Shown piece after piece: positions 14,809 through 16,391 of a DNA stretch of 16,391 bases. Below the pieces are notes generated by a model. It was given only the letters and a program-made list of their open reading frames with translations, made no database searches and was not told where the DNA came from. Numbering within the stretch: position 1 is the stretch's first letter; each line of letters begins with the position of its first letter. A program made the position numbers and the translations under genes. The DNA is from a virus (taxonomy: Duplodnaviria; Heunggongvirae; Uroviricota; Caudoviricetes), in IMG/VR virus record IMGVR_UViG_641736216_000007. One strand, written 5' to 3'.

Positions 14809-14955
14809 CAAATATTTTTACTTTATACAATAATTTTTTAATATTAGATATATTTTGCTCTAATCAACATTACAAAAAAGAGAATCTCATGAACTTTTTA
14901 GTTTATGAGATACCCATTCTTATTTAATATGAATTTTAAAATAGTTTATACTTTA

Positions 14956-16296
14956 TTAGCTTGATATAAATTTTAAATAAATTTTTTTTGAAAATTTGAC
15001 TTCTTTTAGTCTTATTGAATAGAAAGATAATGGATTTTCATTTATAGCTTCTAAACATACTTTTTCTGTTTGATTTTCTACATCCTTAAGAACTTTTCCA
15101 TCTCGTCTTACTGCTTCTAAACACATTTCTTCTGTTTGATTTTCTATATATTGCAAAATACATGGTGATTTATGTATAGCTTCTATACATATTTCATCGA
15201 ACTGTTCTTTTGAGAATTCATCCAACTTTACAAATCTAAGAGCATATCCATTCCTTTTTACTGCCTCTATACAAATTTCTTCTGTTTGTACTTTTATATA
15301 CCTAAGAGATAATCCATTTTGTCTTACTGCTTCAAGGCATATCTCATCAGTTTGTTCACTAACAAATTCAATTGCCAATCCATTTTGTCTCACTGCTTCT
15401 AAACATATTTCATCAAGCTGATTATTTACATATCTTAAAGCATATCCATTCTGTTTGACTGCTTCTAAACATATTTCAGGTGTTTGCTCTTTTACATAGC
15501 CAAGTATATATCCATCCCTTTTTACGGATTCTATACATAAGTTATAAATTTGTTCCTTTGATAGTATATCCCAATTTACATACTGAAGAGCATATCCAGT
15601 CTGTTTGACCGCTTCTTTGCATATTGCTGGTGTTTGTTCTTTTATATGCTTAAGTGCTAATCCATCTTCTCTTACTGCTTCTAAAAATATTTCATAGAGT
15701 TGTTTTTTTGAAAGTTTATCCTTTAATCTACTCCATTTTAAATATATTAATGAACCTCCATGTTTTTTTACTGCCTCTATACATAAGTTACATATCTGTT
15801 CTTTAGTTAAATTAATTTCGTCCCAATTTACATATTGTATAGCCCAGCTATACTTCTTAACTGATTCAATACAAATTTCATAGCTTTGATTTTTTATATA
15901 TTGAAGCACATCCCCATTTTGTCTTACTGCTATTAAAAAGATATTCTTTATTTGTATTTCTGTTAACCCCTCTAATATTACATACTTTAATGCTAAACCA
16001 TTTTCTTTTACTGCATTAGTATATATGTTATATAATTGTTTGTTACTCAGTTTATCTATTAGTTGTTTTAAATCTATGAATTCAAGATTTAAACCTTGAT
16101 ACTTTACCCCTTCTATACATAATTTTTCTAACTCTTCACTTGTCATTCGGTTTTTTATTCGTTTCCACTTTATAAACTTTAAAGATTCTTCATTTATTTT
16201 TATTGCTTCCATACAATTATTAAAATTTTGGTCAACATAAATTAAATTTTGGTAGTCTTCTCTTATTTTTAATAAATTATATTTTTCTAATTTCAT
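14956..16296 (-). CDS. DUF4116-type helical repeat protein, 446 aa
   Basis: 16 copies of a unit like EICLEAVKQNGYALRYV; RBS AAGGGGG upstream. Confidence 0.85.
   Translation of the reverse strand: MKLEKYNLLKIREDYQNLIYVDQNFNNCMEAIKINEESLKFIKWKRIKNRMTSEELEKLCIEGVKYQGLNLEFIDLKQLIDKLSNKQLYNIYTNAVKENGLALKYVILEGLTEIQIKNIFLIAVRQNGDVLQYIKNQSYEICIESVKKYSWAIQYVNWDEINLTKEQICNLCIEAVKKHGGSLIYLKWSRLKDKLSKKQLYEIFLEAVREDGLALKHIKEQTPAICKEAVKQTGYALQYVNWDILSKEQIYNLCIESVKRDGYILGYVKEQTPEICLEAVKQNGYALRYVNNQLDEICLEAVRQNGLAIEFVSEQTDEICLEAVRQNGLSLRYIKVQTEEICIEAVKRNGYALRFVKLDEFSKEQFDEICIEAIHKSPCILQYIENQTEEMCLEAVRRDGKVLKDVENQTEKVCLEAINENPLSFYSIRLKEVKFSKKIYLKFISS
15030..16220 (-). repeat. Degenerate coding tandem repeats (22-32 aa units) within the DUF4116-type gene
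   Basis: Recurrent plus-strand motif actgcttctaaacatatttc and variants; the shortest units are 66 bp (22 aa), longer units carry W-containing helical inserts. Coordinates approximate. Confidence 0.8.
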
Positions 16297-16391
16297 AAGA
16301 AATCCCCCTTTTTTATTTATGTAATTATATTAAATTGGCAAATTATTTATAAAAAATATATTTGATAGACTCCCATTTCTTAGATTTTCAA

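Noticed and set aside
14884-14911. Hairpin ATCTCATGAAC/GTTTATGAGAT between convergent genes
   Set aside because: Probably a terminator, but the better stem is on the plus strand and the U-tract is on the minus strand, so orientation could not be assigned; ordinary either way.
15030-16220. CRISPR array or DGR template/variable repeat pair
   Set aside because: The repeats are in-frame degenerate protein repeats without unique spacers or adenine-specific mismatches, and there are no cas or reverse transcriptase genes in the window.

Overview
Very AT-rich, Clostridium-like accessory DNA, most likely from a large plasmid or (pro)phage; this is inferred from gene content, and no host or replicon can be proven. 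From left to right on the minus strand: an unannotated fusion gene (DHH/DHHA1 phosphoesterase joined to a radical SAM domain) running off the window start, a hypothetical gene, two tandem paralogous membrane proteins, an XRE regulator and a RecD2-like helicase. The centre (about 6620-9610, minus strand) is the most unusual part. It is an apparent single transcription unit, from a near-consensus sigmaA promoter to a strong terminator, made mostly of RNA elements: a truncated tRNA-like element, a pseudoknotted ~270-nt RNA, tRNA-Pro(UGG), a 40-aa ORF, a ~650-nt highly structured RNA, an atypical tRNA(CAU), a ~260-nt structured RNA, a Zn-finger ORF, a 133-nt tRNA-like RNA with two T-arms, a DIP1984-like coiled-coil gene and a ~225-nt structured 3' RNA. 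The right part holds a signal peptidase I, a membrane protein whose stop codon is supplied by a 154-bp non-autonomous IS200/IS605 derivative, an orphan promoter-to-terminator sRNA candidate (6S-like rod), a DUF6076-type protein and a DUF4116-type repeat protein. All RNA structures were found by eye and family names come from motif recognition; none was checked with Infernal or HMM searches.
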